A stretch of 58,663 nucleotides of DNA, counting the filler, from Sphacelaria rigidula (taxonomy: Eukaryota): assembly GCA_964200075.2 (NCBI GenBank). It is 3 parts of 3 records of this genome, joined end to end, with 100 filler letters (N's around TTAATTAATTAA, not from the genome) between each part and the next. Parts side by side here need not be neighbours in the genome. Positions count along the whole stretch, not along the records: positions 19,590 to 39,077 come from CAXNAA020000659.1; positions 39,178 to 58,663 come from CAXNAA020000660.1; 1 more part is not named here. One strand, given 5' to 3'. This document shows, piece after piece, positions 34,801-48,448 of the stretch (position 1 is the first letter of the stretch; each line of letters begins with the position of its first letter). The notes below the pieces were generated by a model. The model saw nothing but the letters and a program-made list of their open reading frames with translations. It was not told the origin of the DNA and ran no database searches. The position numbers and the translations under genes were made by a program.

Positions 34801-37800
34801 TTTAAGGTCGTATTCCGAGATGTTTCGTTGGATGATGGCGATATTTGTGGAAACCACTGATAGAATATAGTCATCTTTCCCCATAACCTTTCACAACACT
34901 TTGTTCCAACGGCTGGCCGGCTGAAGCTAGCGCAATGTCCTTGCGCTAGTTGTCCGGGCTCAGGGTCGCGAATGTAGTGTGGAGCACACAAGTTGCTAGT
35001 CTTAAGTAGGGTGTCTCCCTGGGCATGAGACGACTAGCAACTTGTATTTTGTCGTGAATGACCTTTGATAGATGTTGTCCAGGGGAGCGATCAGACTGAA
35101 ACCCAGGGGCGAGGAGCGCCATAAACGTGCTTCTAACACCGAGTCGTGTTCCATCATTGGTGTCTCTCACAAATACCCCCTATTATTTTTGTTAGCCCCT
35201 CCTCCCCTCCCCCACCTGCCGTCCTTGGCCCAACGTTTTGACTTATGATGACTGTGCGCTCAAGTTTGTTGATATGGATCATGTTTTTGAGCAAGATTTA
35301 GATAAGTACTTGTCATTGTTCTGTCGTAGTATTGGGGTTAGCGTCAGAGATGAGAGTTGACTAGTGGCGCGCGGAGACGATACAAGCAACCTGACCTCTG
35401 TTGGTCATTGTTCTTGGTTTATTTTTTCCATTTCACCGCTGTTTCATGTCGAGCAGAGCTGGTGGAGCGACCAACCCTGTTTTCATGCCGTTATAAGATT
35501 GCACATCAGGAGGGGATGACGCTAGCGGATGTTTTCCGACACTTCGAAGAAGCGAAGACCGAGGTGTGTGGGCACGAGCGATATCATGCACTCTCTACAC
35601 TGGTGCTTCATTTCATGTGTCCTTACACTGTCTGAGTCATGTTTCATTTTGTGCACGAATGTACTTTGTCTATAATCTTTCACCCCGTACGCGATGTTCT
35701 ACTCCGTCTATCATGATTCCATTTCACTCGGTGTTTCACTATTCTACTTTTCCACTATTCTACTATTCTACGAAGAAGTAATGAGCAGGTGTAAATATTC
35801 TCCGCTCCTCCCCCCTCCCCCCCGCATCATTGCGCCACACTCCCAAGTAGTAATTCTGGATTAGAAGACACGGTGTGAGATGGAAGTTGAGGCAATGAAG
35901 ATGCTGCTGCACCTTTTGGCATCTTGCAGATTGCTCTGATCTTACCGTGTCGATTATCGCACATTAGCTGACAGCGTGCCTTGGAGTCCACGAGTAAGAG
36001 CAACGCTCGCGGCGAATAAACGAAAATTATGCCACAGCAGGGTACCAGTAGTTGCGAATGTGTGTAGAATCGATGTTACGAGGAGAGTGGACAGGCGCCA
36101 CGCAGCTCGAGCCAAGCGATCGCCCGCCTTAGATGCCTCACTCTTGTACCAGTGCGCAGAAACAGCTCCGTTTCGAGGCCCGGAGTAAGACATATTTATT
36201 CTCGCTTTTGGTATGTATCACCATTTGCAAGATACAAGCATTTGTAAAGCTGAACAGCGTCCGCATGATTGCTGTAGCATGTTGAGTTATCAGAATCTGG
36301 GCACAAGTCGAATTCCTACCTTTTTCGTCGAAGCGAGAGTTGTGGGCGTGATGCACTTCACCCGTGAGGTGCATGCGCACCATCATTTGTAAAAAACAAT
36401 CGTTATATCTCTGACGCGCATTCTTTCACCCACGAGGTGCATCTGCACCGCCAGTTGTCAAAAACAATCGTTATATGACGAACGCGCGTTCCTCTCCCCC
36501 ACTATTACCAAGACGGATTATTCCAGAAACTTGCTACAGACGGTGAAGCAGAGGGGCAAATGAAACTCAATGCCAGACAAACGCTGTTCTAGATTTTTCG
36601 GTGGGTATTTTACTGGTTCCCACCGTTTCTTCGGGCCACAATTCGTTCCATGGGTCTCAACATTAGGAACAAAGCAGTGGATTCGGCACGTAATTATGAC
36701 AAATCCGCCTTTTCATGCAAAAGTCGAGTGTCGTTTGCACCCAAATGTTTCCTCTGTCGCTGATTCTATATGTCTTGACGGTCTTTTTTCGTCATGGTAT
36801 GAAGGATGAGCATTTCGTAGCTATTGATTGATGTGATCGATTGATATTCGGACATTATGCTTCGCCGCCGATATATCTGAATCTTGAATGGATACGGCCC
36901 GTTATTATCGACCCTTTGTTTTCTGAGATCCCCGAACTTTTCTGGACTGGCAAGGTATCCGATCACTCTCGAACGCTTGCGATCGCCGCGGTGTATTCAC
37001 AGGGCGGCTCCCCGAAGTGCTGCGTTGCAGCCCGAATGTTCGGACTTGTCCGAAAATGAAGCTTCGGGAAGAAAAATCAACCCCTTCATTTTTGGACAAG
37101 TCTGAACGCAGGGTCCCAACATTCTGAACATTCCTGAGGTGTCCAAAATGCACTTCCGATAACGCTGGACCTAAGTCGAGTACCTATGTTTTTTCTGTTC
37201 CCGCGTTGCCAATCGATGTACTGTCGACTATGTTGCGCCGAAGATTGTTGGATGAGTTATCCTAAATCTAACCCTAAGATCGAGAGGTGGGTGAGGGTTA
37301 GGGTTACTAATGTTTTGCTCCATCCGCTCTCCTTCACTCCGTACGTCGTGCTTTGCCATACATACCACGGATCGTCCAATAGTTACGCTTGACCTGAACG
37401 CCACGGGTTGCTTTCATGTCATCGTTCGCTCGGTACACTCGCATGTTTCATTGCCAACGTCGTGCCCGACATGCTTCAGTTGAGCCATGTTCGGTGCTGT
37501 GCTCCTCTGGACTCTGTGCTTTTCTCCTTCGACCCTGTGCGCTGTTATCGTCACATCTTCAAGACCGCACTCGGTCTGTTACCGCGGACGTTCTGAATTC
37601 GTGCCTGCGGAATGCTCGATAGTGATTAACGAGGCTGCTGAATGGCGGGTTGTACTCTTTGACTTCGTGTCAGATTGTGGCATTGCAGACAAAACGGGTG
37701 CCTGAGCTTGTCTGTTTTACGACATTCCCACGTGCCATGCTGTTTTGTGCTCGCTTTCTATCGTGCGCGTGTTTTACGCAGCTTGGTCTTGCCTCGTACG

Positions 37801-37889
37801 CGGTCGGGCAGACCACGCTAGAGCAGATCTTCAACAACTTCGCCGCTAGCCGAGAAAACCCTGAAGTTGGGCTGGGAGATGGGAACTAA
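19811..37889 (+). CDS. ABCA: ABC transporter subfamily A, C-terminal half (TMD2 end + NBD2 + regulatory tail); 5' part missing
   Basis: Exons 19811-19898 ([18 protein letters not shown]), 20659-20817 ([11 protein letters not shown]…LYRFFPG), 22735-22898 (FCLGDGL), 23258-23589 (EDVDVAAE…LRKVY), 24174-24255 ([12 protein letters not shown] donor), 24707-24798 (GKSTT), 25471-25533 (IGYCPQ), 26300-26416 ([13 protein letters not shown]), 26959-27055 ([14 protein letters not shown]…FLDEPST), 28014-28150 (GMDP…[10 protein letters not shown]), 31636-~31808 ([17 protein letters not shown]), tentative ~32362-32425 and 32986-33075, 33651-33730, 35457-35563, and 37782-37889 (QTTLEQIF…stop). Confidence 0.93.
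29920..30402 (+). mobile_element. Probable 3' end of a non-LTR retroelement/SINE in an ABCA intron
   Basis: A T-rich tract is followed by GGGTACGTCT…, a stem-loop GACCC…GGGTC, GTGCGACAATCAA and an (AATCA)-like tail. The same terminal motifs recur at 40806-40878. The 5' boundary is uncertain. Confidence 0.45.
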
Positions 37890-39077
37890 AAGCGAGATGC
37901 GTTCCTCCGTTTCTGATATGCATCCAAGCTGGATATAGCTCAGACTTACAAGAGGTTGCATGACGCACGTGAGACGGTGCTGACACGCGTCAATCGTGCG
38001 TAGAACGGCGTTGCGGGATTACTGTAGCCTCATCCCAGCAGCTTTCTACTGGTTTCTGCTCGGAACCCGCGATCCCGCCTTCGTTCGTTATTTTTTCGCG
38101 TTTGCCCATTTTTTGTGCTGTATTACTTTGGAATACAGCCCAATGCACAAAGTTAGCTAGTCGGTTGAACCCTACGGTTGCCATCATTAGCACAACGCAT
38201 CGCTGAACAAGCTCGCAGATGAATTTTCATCTGCCGAGCTACTCGAATAATGGATAACGGCAGACGAACTGCGTAGTCTACTGGAAGTGCTCGAACTCGT
38301 GGAACGCCTTCCTGTTTGGAAGGTTACCAAAACGTTTGAACAGTGAGTTACGTGCACTGTAAATTGGTGTCGTTGCCTTCAATGTTAACCCTGGAACGCT
38401 GCCTACTGTTATTCCATCGATAATGTCGTCGTAGTTCTTGATGTTTCCAGTTTGTAAAAATTGGGTCTCCGCCAAGGGTCTGTCAGAAACATATTTCGGG
38501 ACACGTGGGCCCCAGGATCGAAAATACGATTTTTTGAGGGGGGGGGGGGGGGGGACCCAGCCTGCTGTCCCCTAGTTTACTGCCGAGGCGTTGGCGGATG
38601 CGGTCAGCTGCCGTGTACAGAGCTCCTTGGCGTGGAGATCGACGGACACACCGCGCCTCTAAGCCCATCATCCACCATGATTAAATTTATGGGATCGTGT
38701 TCCGTGTCGTGTGCCTCGACTATTTACCACTAGTAGTCCGGGCAAATTTGGCGGGGCGTGAGATAATTTTGCTAGTTTGGCTACAGGCTGTTGCTACCGT
38801 GCGCTTGTGTATTGTACATAGATGTGTTTGAGCGTTGCCGGCATCCGAGGTCATTGGGACAGGGCGGGCATTGAGCAGAAGTAAATATACGAACCTCGCA
38901 AAGCCCGCCAGAATTTTCGGTTTTTGTCAGTGTTTATTTTCTCTAACAATATCAACAAAGTGTTGAAAAAAAATCATGACAACTTTCGAAAAACTGCTCT
39001 CCGGGATGGGGGAGGGGGGGCGTACTCATTTGTTGCTTGCCTTAGTCATTTGACCATTGACCACGCATCCCTTTCGA

Positions 39078-39177
39078 NNNNNNNNNNNNNNNNNNNNNNN
39101 NNNNNNNNNNNNNNNNNNNNNTTAATTAATTAANNNNNNNNNNNNNNNNNNNNNNNNNNNNNNNNNNNNNNNNNNNN
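39078..39177. other. Assembly gap with artificial six-frame-stop spacer
   Basis: N-run containing TTAATTAATTAA, the same format as 19490-19589. Confidence 0.95.
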
Positions 39178-39252
39178 TTGTCCCCTGGTCATCATCCAGG
39201 ATCCTACATGCTACATTTACTACGCCTTGGTGTATTTTGGCTACAAATCTCA

Positions 39253-39420
39253 ACTACTCTACTCAACTTTTGAGTAGATTGAGTATGATCTCAAATGCTC
39301 TACTCAAAAATTTGAGTAGATCGAGTACGACCTGAAATACTCTACTCAAAGTTTGAGTACTAAAAGTATGACTCTTTGAAACTACTGAGTATTGAGTATA
39401 CTGTACTCGACCTGCCCTTG
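39253..39420. mobile_element. Partial copy of the MITE at 3380-3646
   Basis: Near-colinear with 3480-3646, including the right TIR …TACTCGACCTGCCCTTG. Confidence 0.75.
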
Positions 39421-39656
39421 GATACGTACATGTTCCCCGCCTTCCATCCATACGAGGTGAATCAAGCGTACACGTTTCCCAGTTTCCGTTCATGCATGAA
39501 ATAAACGTACATGTTCCCTCCTTCCACTCCTACGAGATGAATCAAGCGTACGTGTTTCCCACCAATGATTTATACAAGAATTGCAGCTCGTACATATTTT
39601 GCACTATTGATTTGACTGATACTGCCTGGAATGTAGATTTTTCTAGTTTATTATTC

Positions 39657-39915
39657 GACACTTTCTACGACACCCCCCCCCCAAACAAAAAGTGCATGGT
39701 TTTGGGAGGCAAAATATTCACGTAAATCGACATGGGAAAAGCCGAGCACAACGAGAAGTTGGGGATTCCCACGCTTGGGTTCGTTCTAGTCAATGTCGCC
39801 AATATGAGGCGCTTCATCTTCATGCAGCCTGAACCCAAACATCAGGTGCTGAATGGCCATTTTTTTCGTGACACTTTTGAGCTGGTTTTTGGGGGGGACT
39901 ATCGTAGAAAGTGTC
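39657..39915. mobile_element. MITE with TTTCTACGA…C-run termini (copy 1)
   Basis: Inverted termini GACACTTTCTACGA…TCGTAGAAAGTGTC. The internal sequence (ATTCCCACGCTTGGGTTCGT…CTTCATGCAGCC…CCAAACAT) is shared with 56690-56915. Confidence 0.65.
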
Positions 39916-40404
39916 ATTCGTGCGGTGTGACCTTGAATGTACAACTTTACTGTCCGTAATTTATACAGGATGACTCTTCGATACATGATTCTCACTCAAC
40001 TTACATGGGGAGTCAACCCGTATGAAGTCTGATTCATCCGGACATGGGCGTTTTCGTGAGATTGAGAGTATAGCGTTGATTGAGAGTATAACGTTGATTT
40101 AGCGTGAGTTTTACAATTCGCTCTAACTTGGTCAATTTGCCATTCTATGTGTCCTTTACTTTGCTTGTAACACACTGTCGTATACTTACAGCTACACATC
40201 GATATCAAATGCCTCTTCGGGGCAAGCTAGTACAGAACTCGCTTGAGGTCTCGTATAAGGCCCGAAGGGGCGTCCAGGAACTGAAACTTCTTCATTCATT
40301 GATAGACCGCTTTTTCGCTCTCAACCGTATCTTAGACTCAATATCACGACAACATTGTTCACTCTTGCTATTTTTCTTTTCTCAGTGTTATACTGTAGCA
40401 GTGT

Positions 40405-40878
40405 GATGTGGTGCCTCGCTTCCGTAAGGATCATGGGTGAGAGCTCATGCCCAACCAGGATGGTCCGACATAGCTGAGCCAAGATTTGCTCCCAGCGTCT
40501 TTCGTTTTTGTTTGATGAGTAGGTACATGCGCTTTATGCCCATGACCTTTTCCTTCACCTAAAGCCATGCCGCAGGGGCCGGCCATTTCTATAACGGGTT
40601 TGTTTCCTTATTATCATCCAGGCGGGTGTTTCTTCTTCTCTTCTTGTTCTTCTCTTCTCCCTCCCTTTCCTTTCCTTCTTCTGCCTGTATGTTTATGTTT
40701 GTGTTCGGGTTCGTGATTGTGTTATGCCCTATTATAAGTTGTATTATTTCTCATTTTTTCTTCCCATTTTCCCTCCCTTCAGCGAGTGTGTCCGTTTTTT
40801 TCACCTGGGTACGTCTGTTCTGTTACCCCAGATGGATCCCACAGGGATCACTCAGAGTGCGACAATCAATAACCAAAG
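40405..40878 (+). mobile_element. Probable non-LTR retroelement/SINE 3' end related to 29920-30402
   Basis: Pyrimidine-rich tract, then GGGTACGTCT…GATCCC aca GGGATC…GTGCGACAATCAAT. The 5' boundary is uncertain. Confidence 0.4.
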
Positions 40879-43502
40879 ATTAGCCTGTAAGTTTCACTTG
40901 CATTAGGAGATAGTCGGAGCACGGCTCACAAGTTATATATTAGTAGCACACGCACGCAGCGACCATGAAGGGGAATTATGGTATTCTCTTGCTCGCGTTT
41001 CGAGGCCTTCCCTCCCATGACCTCGACCAAAGCAAAGCAAGAGTCGACATCGACGTCGGCCGCGGTCCATATCAACAGGACCAAACCCTCACCGATTACA
41101 ATTAGAACAAAAACACCCCCGAAATCAAAGATTCCCTCCCGTTTCCTCCGCCGTGATCCCATTATGACACATCATAATCACATGAAAGGTACACAACCTC
41201 GTCAAAACAAGTCGATGCAAACAACTTCAAACGAGTCAAGAAAAACATCGAACCATCTTCTAGACATTATACGGTAGTGACGAAGCAGTACCCACTACAG
41301 TATAGCGGAGATGCACGTGAAGAACGAACAGATGCCCCTTCTCTTCCCGTGCGTCACCCGCCCCCTTGATGTTCGCATTAATGTTAACGTGCTCTGGTGC
41401 ACTGTCCTCCCCGTGCGGTGGTGTCCAATTTTCCACAGTAAACATTACACTGAGTAAAAACAGAAGCAATACATACGTTGGTGTTGTTCTTGTCGCTTAC
41501 ACTACATTACCACCAACCCACCCACCTCATCGTGATCCACGAATACACACACTGAAATTGAGCCAAATGCCCCCGCACAGTTAAGTTACACGAACAACCA
41601 CTCCACTCCACTCGTAACAGCAGGCACACACGAAACGACGGAAAGGGTGAAAATACCCACAGTTCGTTTGTTCTTCAGCGACACGATTTTTGAGGGGGGG
41701 AATCTGACTGATTCTTAATCCTTGTTTGATGGTAAACCGGATTCCCTCCGAGTGACGTCATCCATAGTCAAGGTTCCTCCCGAAAAAGATGACGTCGGGC
41801 CCATGCATAACACCACCTGTTCACCTCTCCTCTTCTACCTTTCGGAACGAATTCCACGAATATGGATAAAAGCAATAAGGGAAACCTGTAGACTGAATGG
41901 CCCATGTAATATCAGCGACGCGCACAAAGACTGAACACACTCGGCAATTATAATCAAGACCGAAACATGCTTTCGCTGAGTAGCCATCGCCCTCTTGGCT
42001 GCTCGAAAAATGAAGCAGACAACAAGCAGCAACAGCAACAGTAACCACAAAGACCAACCACCCGAACATGACAAACGGAGTTCACTAGAACACGGCCACT
42101 GCGTATGTTCGAACGGTGCACGCACAACGGCCTAGATCATTTTACACGAAATCTAGTGCCCTCCATTCCAGCGGACTGCACGGCACGCATGGAACTTCAC
42201 AGGCCCAGCGCACCAATCCGTAGGGCATACAAGACAATGCTACAACAAAGCAACCGTGCCGGAATCGGGGGCCAGCATACTGCACAGAGGGAGCGCCCAA
42301 GAATGTTCTGCGTTCATTGCGCCTGCAGTGAGTACCTTATGTGAGCAAGGCTCTACCGCAAATCGCGCCGCGCCAGCGCGAGAGCGACATGACGAACACA
42401 CACCACGTCTCCCCTTCGAGGACAATCGACTCCCCGTGTAATAAACCGCACACGTGCCTCCCGCGAAAACTCCGAAAAACGCGGTCACCAAAAGGCACGT
42501 TCTTCCTCCTCGGAGTACGTCGGATAGCGCACCAGTGCGATAGCGCACAGTTTACGACTAGCTAGCCGATTATTCTTCGAACTGGACAATCGATCACGCT
42601 ACGATACCTCCATCGCCGTGACTGTTCTCTGGACGACGCTCAAGACTGTCAATCAAACGGGATACAACAGGCAGCGGCACGCTCGCTTTTCTCGTTTTGG
42701 TCAATAACTTATATTAATACTGACATATGATACCCAATAAAAGCAAAAGGACTAAGGAGTGGAGAAGTCATTATAAGACGTGTTTACCTAAGTCGTCTCG
42801 ACCTCATTTTCTCCATACTACCGTCAAAAATCAACATCGCACCAAATCACCACAATAAAGCAAAAAGGAAAAAACGGAGGAATGGACGATCTCTGTCCCC
42901 GTCAATTCTGCTTTGGAAAAACACATGACTAACGACCACAATCACCGTTCACCAGCAAAGAGTGCGCATAAAACGGTCTAAAATCATACTATTTCATCAA
43001 ACTTCCATCATGCACGGGTATTGAATTTTACAGGACTAATGCAAATCTTTGTCCATAGCAAAACTTTCCAAGATCGTGCTAATCAGCCACGAAATCAGCA
43101 GGCGAAAACAAGTGTCACACCTCAAAATCCGTGACCAAGCACCCGTCTACAAAAAACGCTTCAAGAAACAACCTTCTACCCAGTCTTACGTGGGGCGGTG
43201 CCACCAGCGAGACCGAAATTCCAACAAAAACAGGGCAGGCATTTTGGCACGTGGACATACATACCTGCACGCGGGCGGACATTTCCCACCCCTGATGCCC
43301 AAATTCACCTACTTGACCTCTCTTGTCACCTCCAGCGTGTTTGCGAAAACTAGACAAACCAACCACAACTCGAGCAACTCACGACAAACGTTTCCCAACA
43401 CTACAGACTGCAAATGAACAAATTTACAGTAGCTGACATTCGCTGAAGCACGTGGAATCCTTCACACCAAGCCTGGAAAATCATGAAGCATCGTTTGAAG
43501 AG

Positions 43503-43965
43503 GATCCGAGTGGACCTCTGTGTGACGAAATACATTATATACAACCTGTCTACGAGTGAAAACTACGATGATCACCCTCCCCCTCCGAATAATGCATTAA
43601 ACCAAAATTAAACGGCAAAGCAATAGCGCAAACAGCGAAAAAAAGTGATAGAGATCCGAGTGGACTTTCGTGCATGATCGAAACTCTTATGTGCAACCTG
43701 TCTATGAGTGAAAACTACGATGATCACCCCCCCGCCCGAATAGTGCATTAAACCAAAACTAAACGGCAAAACAATAGCGCAAATAGCGAACAAAAGTGAA
43801 AGAGATCCGAGTGGACTTTCGTGTATGATCAAAACTCTTATGTGTAACCTGTCTACGAGTGAAAACTACGATGATCACTCCCCCCCCTCCGAATGATGCA
43901 TGAAACCAAAATTAAACGACAAAGAAAAAATGCTCAAACCAAAAGCAAGTGAAAAAGATCCGAAT
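43503..43965. repeat. Tandem repeat, ~150-bp unit, ~3 copies
   Basis: GATCCGAGTGGAC…AACCTGTCTA(C/T)GAGTGAAAACTACGATGATCAC…TGCATTAAACCAAAA recurs at ~43503, 43653, 43804, with a start at ~43957. Confidence 0.85.
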
Positions 43966-44383
43966 AATATCATGTGTGTAACAATCAATCTTGAGTACGT
44001 CTTTTCTTTCTTTATACCTTGTTCGGGTCGTGAGCCTGTGACCATCGAAGGCGTTTGCATCAGATGCTCAGAACGGAAGTAAACCTAGTGCGCAGATATC
44101 GGAACGGCTTCAATGTGAGGATAAGAACAACAACAGCAACAACAAAAACGTCTCTGCGAGTAAGAAATACAAGCATCACCTCCACCCCAAACCGTGCAAT
44201 GAACCAAAACAGAATTTGACAAATTATATCGCGAACGAAAAACTAGTGGAGTAGGAAAGTAAAACATGGCAAGGCCGGGGGCAGGTTATACAAAGTATAG
44301 ATAGAACAGCCCCACTTCTTGTCCACTCGTTCACAAGCTCACCCACCACCTCTATGATAATACCTGCCCACCTTGGGCGACCG

Positions 44384-44544
44384 TGTCATGCGTGAGGGGA
44401 CCGCGTGCTTCGAGGACCGCATCGAAATTTGAACGTCCCTATGGCTATGGTCAGGGTCAGGGGCGTGGCCCCTGGAGGGACTGACCCGACTGGTTTCGAA
44501 AAACGTCGATTCTGAGGTTCTTTCAACTACGGCGCGGTCCCTTA
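44384..44544. mobile_element. Truncated, inverted copy of the telomeric-repeat MITE
   Basis: Begins TGTCATGCGTGAGGGGACCGCGTGCTTCGAGGACCGC and matches the reverse complement of 48214-48448. The second TIR is incomplete. Confidence 0.7.
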
Positions 44545-44557
44545 TCACCGGCGATTT

Positions 44558-47329
44558 CTACTCTTCGAACGCCAAGAAACCCAACCACTCGTCATCACTG
44601 CTCATGTCAGTTGCAGATCGGAGGCCGATCTCGGCATCCAGGACGTCGTCGCAGAGGAGGGGAGGGTCCACCCCGAACGTGGGAAACTCCGCCCCCTTCG
44701 CCCCCTGCACAGACACACAACAATAGCAGTAGCAGTGGTTTGCAGAGAAAACGGAAAATCAACGGAAGAAGCACGCCTCCATATGTTAGGGTTCGGGTTG
44801 AGATTTGACTACGAGCCAGAAAAAACGAGCGAGGGCTGCATGGGAGGCGACAAAGAAACCTGCATTAGAGTCTGGCCTATAATCAAGTCAGGTAAGGAGA
44901 GGGCAGGAGGCACTTTGAGGCGCGTGCAAGTACTGTGGGAACGATAATCTTTGGACGCACATAGCTCGCAACAGGGACCGAGCACATTCCACGAGGCGGA
45001 GGCGGATATAAAAAAGCAACACCGAACAACATCGACGACAGCAACAACAAACCAACCTGGGGTTCGTCAACCCACAGTCCCTTGGCGATATCAAGCCCGT
45101 CCACCCCGCCCGCCTCCACGTGCAGTTGCACCTCCCTTTGGAGGTCTTTTGATGTGAGGACCCCCCTCTCGAACGACGGAACAGCGCCCCCGCTACCGCT
45201 ACCGCTACCGCTTCCGAGCGCTAGGGTGCTGGCGTTGTTGTCAATGCTAGTGCTCGTGACGGTGCTGGAACTGGTTGTGGTGTTGATTCCGTCGAAGGTG
45301 AGGGATACAGAGCTCCGCAAGGCAGAGGAGTAGGAGACAATGTTGTGTTGGTTCGAAATGATCGGAGAAGAGGCGACTGCAGCCGCGGAGGCGGAGGCGG
45401 AGGCGAGTGCGCGGGCGGGCAGTGGGAGGCCAAGGCACCTCCTCTTGACCCGTGGGACCCCCATGCCAGCGGTCGCGGGGGAGTCGTGGCTGTCCACCTT
45501 GTGTAGCGTTGATAATTATTACGACGGGGAAGGCGGGGAGGTTCTCAGGTGAATACGTAGTCATACCGTGTCTGCTCAGTGAATAAGTGTTTCGGTCGAT
45601 ATGTGTGGTACCTGGAAGCACATCTCCATACACCATGTGCCGGCACATTAAACACCCCGCTGAATCCTCCAGGCACATTGTTGGTATAAGCCATCAAGAG
45701 CATGCATGCAAGTATCCAACATGGCGTCCGCGGTAAACCGACATGTTTGGTAGCGCTTACAGGGACACGCACAGTTCTGGGTGTCGTACAACAAAACACA
45801 TCACGTGCTGGCTATTCAAGGATTACGTCTTGATGTCGATAAGACTGAAATACTTTGGTTCAAATCTTTCGACGGGCCAGGGACGGTATACACGGGGGTG
45901 TTACCTCGGAATTGCCTGTCCGGGCGTACGGCATTTTTAAAAATACTGGAACGATAGAGTCTGGAGAGACCTTTTAATTCTGAATTGAAGCTAAATGGGG
46001 TCATCAACATGAAAATCGAAATTCATACCCGGCGGGGGAGGGTGGAGGAGAGTCCAAACAATAGATAGGCACGACGGTGAAGGCAACGAAGTGGGGCTGA
46101 GAAAAAAGAAGACATTATGTATGATAGCAAGACATAAACAAATCCTACAATGCAGATATTGTGTGCCCCATCGATACCAGGTAAGCCGTACGTGTACAGC
46201 ATCCATCCTTTCAAACCTCGAGATAAGCAGGGATCATATCGGATGTCATTTCTTAGCTGCTCCTGCTGAAAACTGGTGACAACGCAAGGAAAACAGATCT
46301 CCGGGTCAGGGCGAGGACAAGGACTACCGAGCACGAAATCGAGATCCTTCACGACAGCCGTACAATATGCAACATATCGCACACCCTCGCCGACACATCG
46401 ACACAAGCTGAAAGACGCACATGGTGGAAGGGAATTATAATTAGTCATCAGTCATCAGCAGCTATTGCCTCCTCCCGTTCCCCCCCCAACCCCAACTATT
46501 TGTTTGTTACTGAGTAGAAATCATAGGGAGGCCAACCCGGAGATTACCTGCAAAAAATACATGAGAAGCATATATATTTTACATATTACCATCTACACGG
46601 TTCTCGCAAGTTGTCGGTATTCACAGGGTGAAAACCTATCACACGTAGGACAGCTCATGAGCTAGCTCATCTGCGGGCGGTAGCTCACTTGTAGTCAAAC
46701 ATGTACATTTGAGCCACGTCCGATAGCTCAACACAAGGTAGACGTGTGCTGATGATGTACGAGTTGGTAGCTCACCCGGGACAAACATGCGTAGCTCATG
46801 CAGCTCTCATGCCTCACGCAGGGCGAATATGAGCTGATGAGCTACGGGTTGGTAGCTCACCCAGGGCAAACATGCGTAGCTCATGCGGCTCTCATAGCTC
46901 ACCCAGGATGAATCTGAGCTGGTGAGCTACGGGTTGGTAGCTCACATATCGCAAACGTGCGCAGCTCATGCAGCTCCCATAGCTCACCCAGGACGAATAT
47001 GAGCTGATGAGCTACCCGTTGGTAGCTCGCGTACGGTAAACACGCGTAGCTCATACAGCTCTCATTGCTCACCCCAGGAGAAACATGCGTAGCTCATGTA
47101 GCTCCCATAGCTCACTAGGGAGCTACGCTCAAAAAGAAGTAGCTCGAGCTATAGGGAGCTCATCTGTCCGACGTGTGAAACTTATCTCGACGATACAGTA
47201 CGTTAGTACCGTGTGGTATTTATGGTGTTCACCTGAGCCAATCCGTCCACATTAATGACATCTTCACTGCTGCTGGTGTTGGCTGATGTTCCCCCATCGG
47301 AAGACTGGCTTCCACCCAGCGGCTTTGCG
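44558..47329 (-). CDS. Low-complexity exons ending in an acidic/aromatic tail; alternative 3' part of the Myb gene or a separate unknown gene
   Basis: Phase-consistent minus-strand exons 47329-47233, 45497-45057 and 44704-44558 (…SSDDEWLGFLAFEE*), with AG/GT boundaries. No recognisable domain. Confidence 0.5.
46640..47177. mobile_element. MITE with 8-bp TSD filled by ~85-bp AGCT-rich tandem units
   Basis: TIR CACACGTAGGACAG … CTGTCCGACGTGTG. TSD AAACCTAT / AAACTTAT. Internal repeats GAGCTACGGGTTGGTAGCTCAC…ATGCGTAGCTCATG. Confidence 0.8.
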
Positions 47330-48213
47330 CTGTACCCCCGAGTGTAGAATGCCCCTACTGTTCATGACACGACCAAGGGGGACGTGAATGGCGTGACAAA
47401 TACAGGCAAGCAGGATGGCGGAACGAATTGCACATAAGAGAGAGCTGAATATTCCCGCTCATGAGCTCACCGTTGGAGAACCCAAAATCTCAGAACTGGA
47501 AATGCAACTACTCATGCCTTCAGGCGTAGCCCTGTATTGTCACGTCGGTTTCTTTTTTACTGTTGGAGCGGAATCATGACGGAACTGAACAAAATTGCCT
47601 CCATGTCTTTCCCGCCACCTTCTGCCCAGCGTACTCCGTGGGTGGCGTGTTTTACAGCGTCACTGCGAGCCGATGCCAACCCCATAGGGGGTCCATCCCT
47701 ACAAAGCCGGGAAGGAGCACGCCGGGTTTTCGCCGGACCAGGGGGGGGGGGGGGGGGGCACACTTCTTTTCTGGTTGAGTTGGGGGCGGTCCCATTGGAC
47801 CCCCGTCCCTCTCGAGGAGGGGGAGGAGCGGGGGGGGNNNNNNNNNNCCACCCCCGCGGGGGGCCCGCCCCGCAAGGCCGGGGGGGGGCCCCCCGGGTTT
47901 GCGCCGGGGGGGGGGGGGGGGGGGGTCATACTCATTTGCTGTTTGCATTAGTAGCTTGACCATTGAGCACGCGTCCCTTTCGAGATGGAGTAGGAGCAGG
48001 GCGGGTGGGGGTCTACAACTTTCGACACCTGTAATGTCCCTATGAAGAGTAGAAATTGAACACGCGGGCTTACTTATTGAGGAAAAGTGGCGAAGCTACA
48101 TGTTGAGAGAGCGTGCAGGGTTTGTCCGGGGATTTAGAAACATGTGTCTCCGGGAGCGATATCTACTGCTTCCTTGTGTTTCAAACAAGGGGCGATACGC
48201 TCTTGATCATGTC

Positions 48214-48448
48214 TGTAATGCGTGAGAGGACCGCGTGCTTAGAGGACCGCGCCGTTGGTCAAAATACCTCAGGATCGACGTTTTTCAAAACCAATTGAGT
48301 CAATCCCCGGAAGTACCACGCCCCTGACCATAACCCCGACACTAACCCTAACCCTAACCCTAGTCCTGACCCTAGCCCTAACCCTAACCATAGAGGTGTT
48401 CAAATTTCGATGCGGTCCTCTAAGCACGCGGTCCTCTCACGCACCACA
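48214..48448. mobile_element. TGT…ACA MITE with 5-bp TSD and internal telomere-like repeats (copy 1)
   Basis: ~37-bp TIR TGTAATGCGTGAGAGGACCGCGTGCTTAGAGGACCGC. Perfect TSD ATGTC. Internal degenerate (CCCTAA)n. Confidence 0.85.

Noticed and set aside
38278-38730. Possible terminal exon(s) of a minus-strand gene convergent with ABCA
   Set aside because: An acceptor-like site exists near 38490, but the frame is ambiguous and no domain is recognisable.
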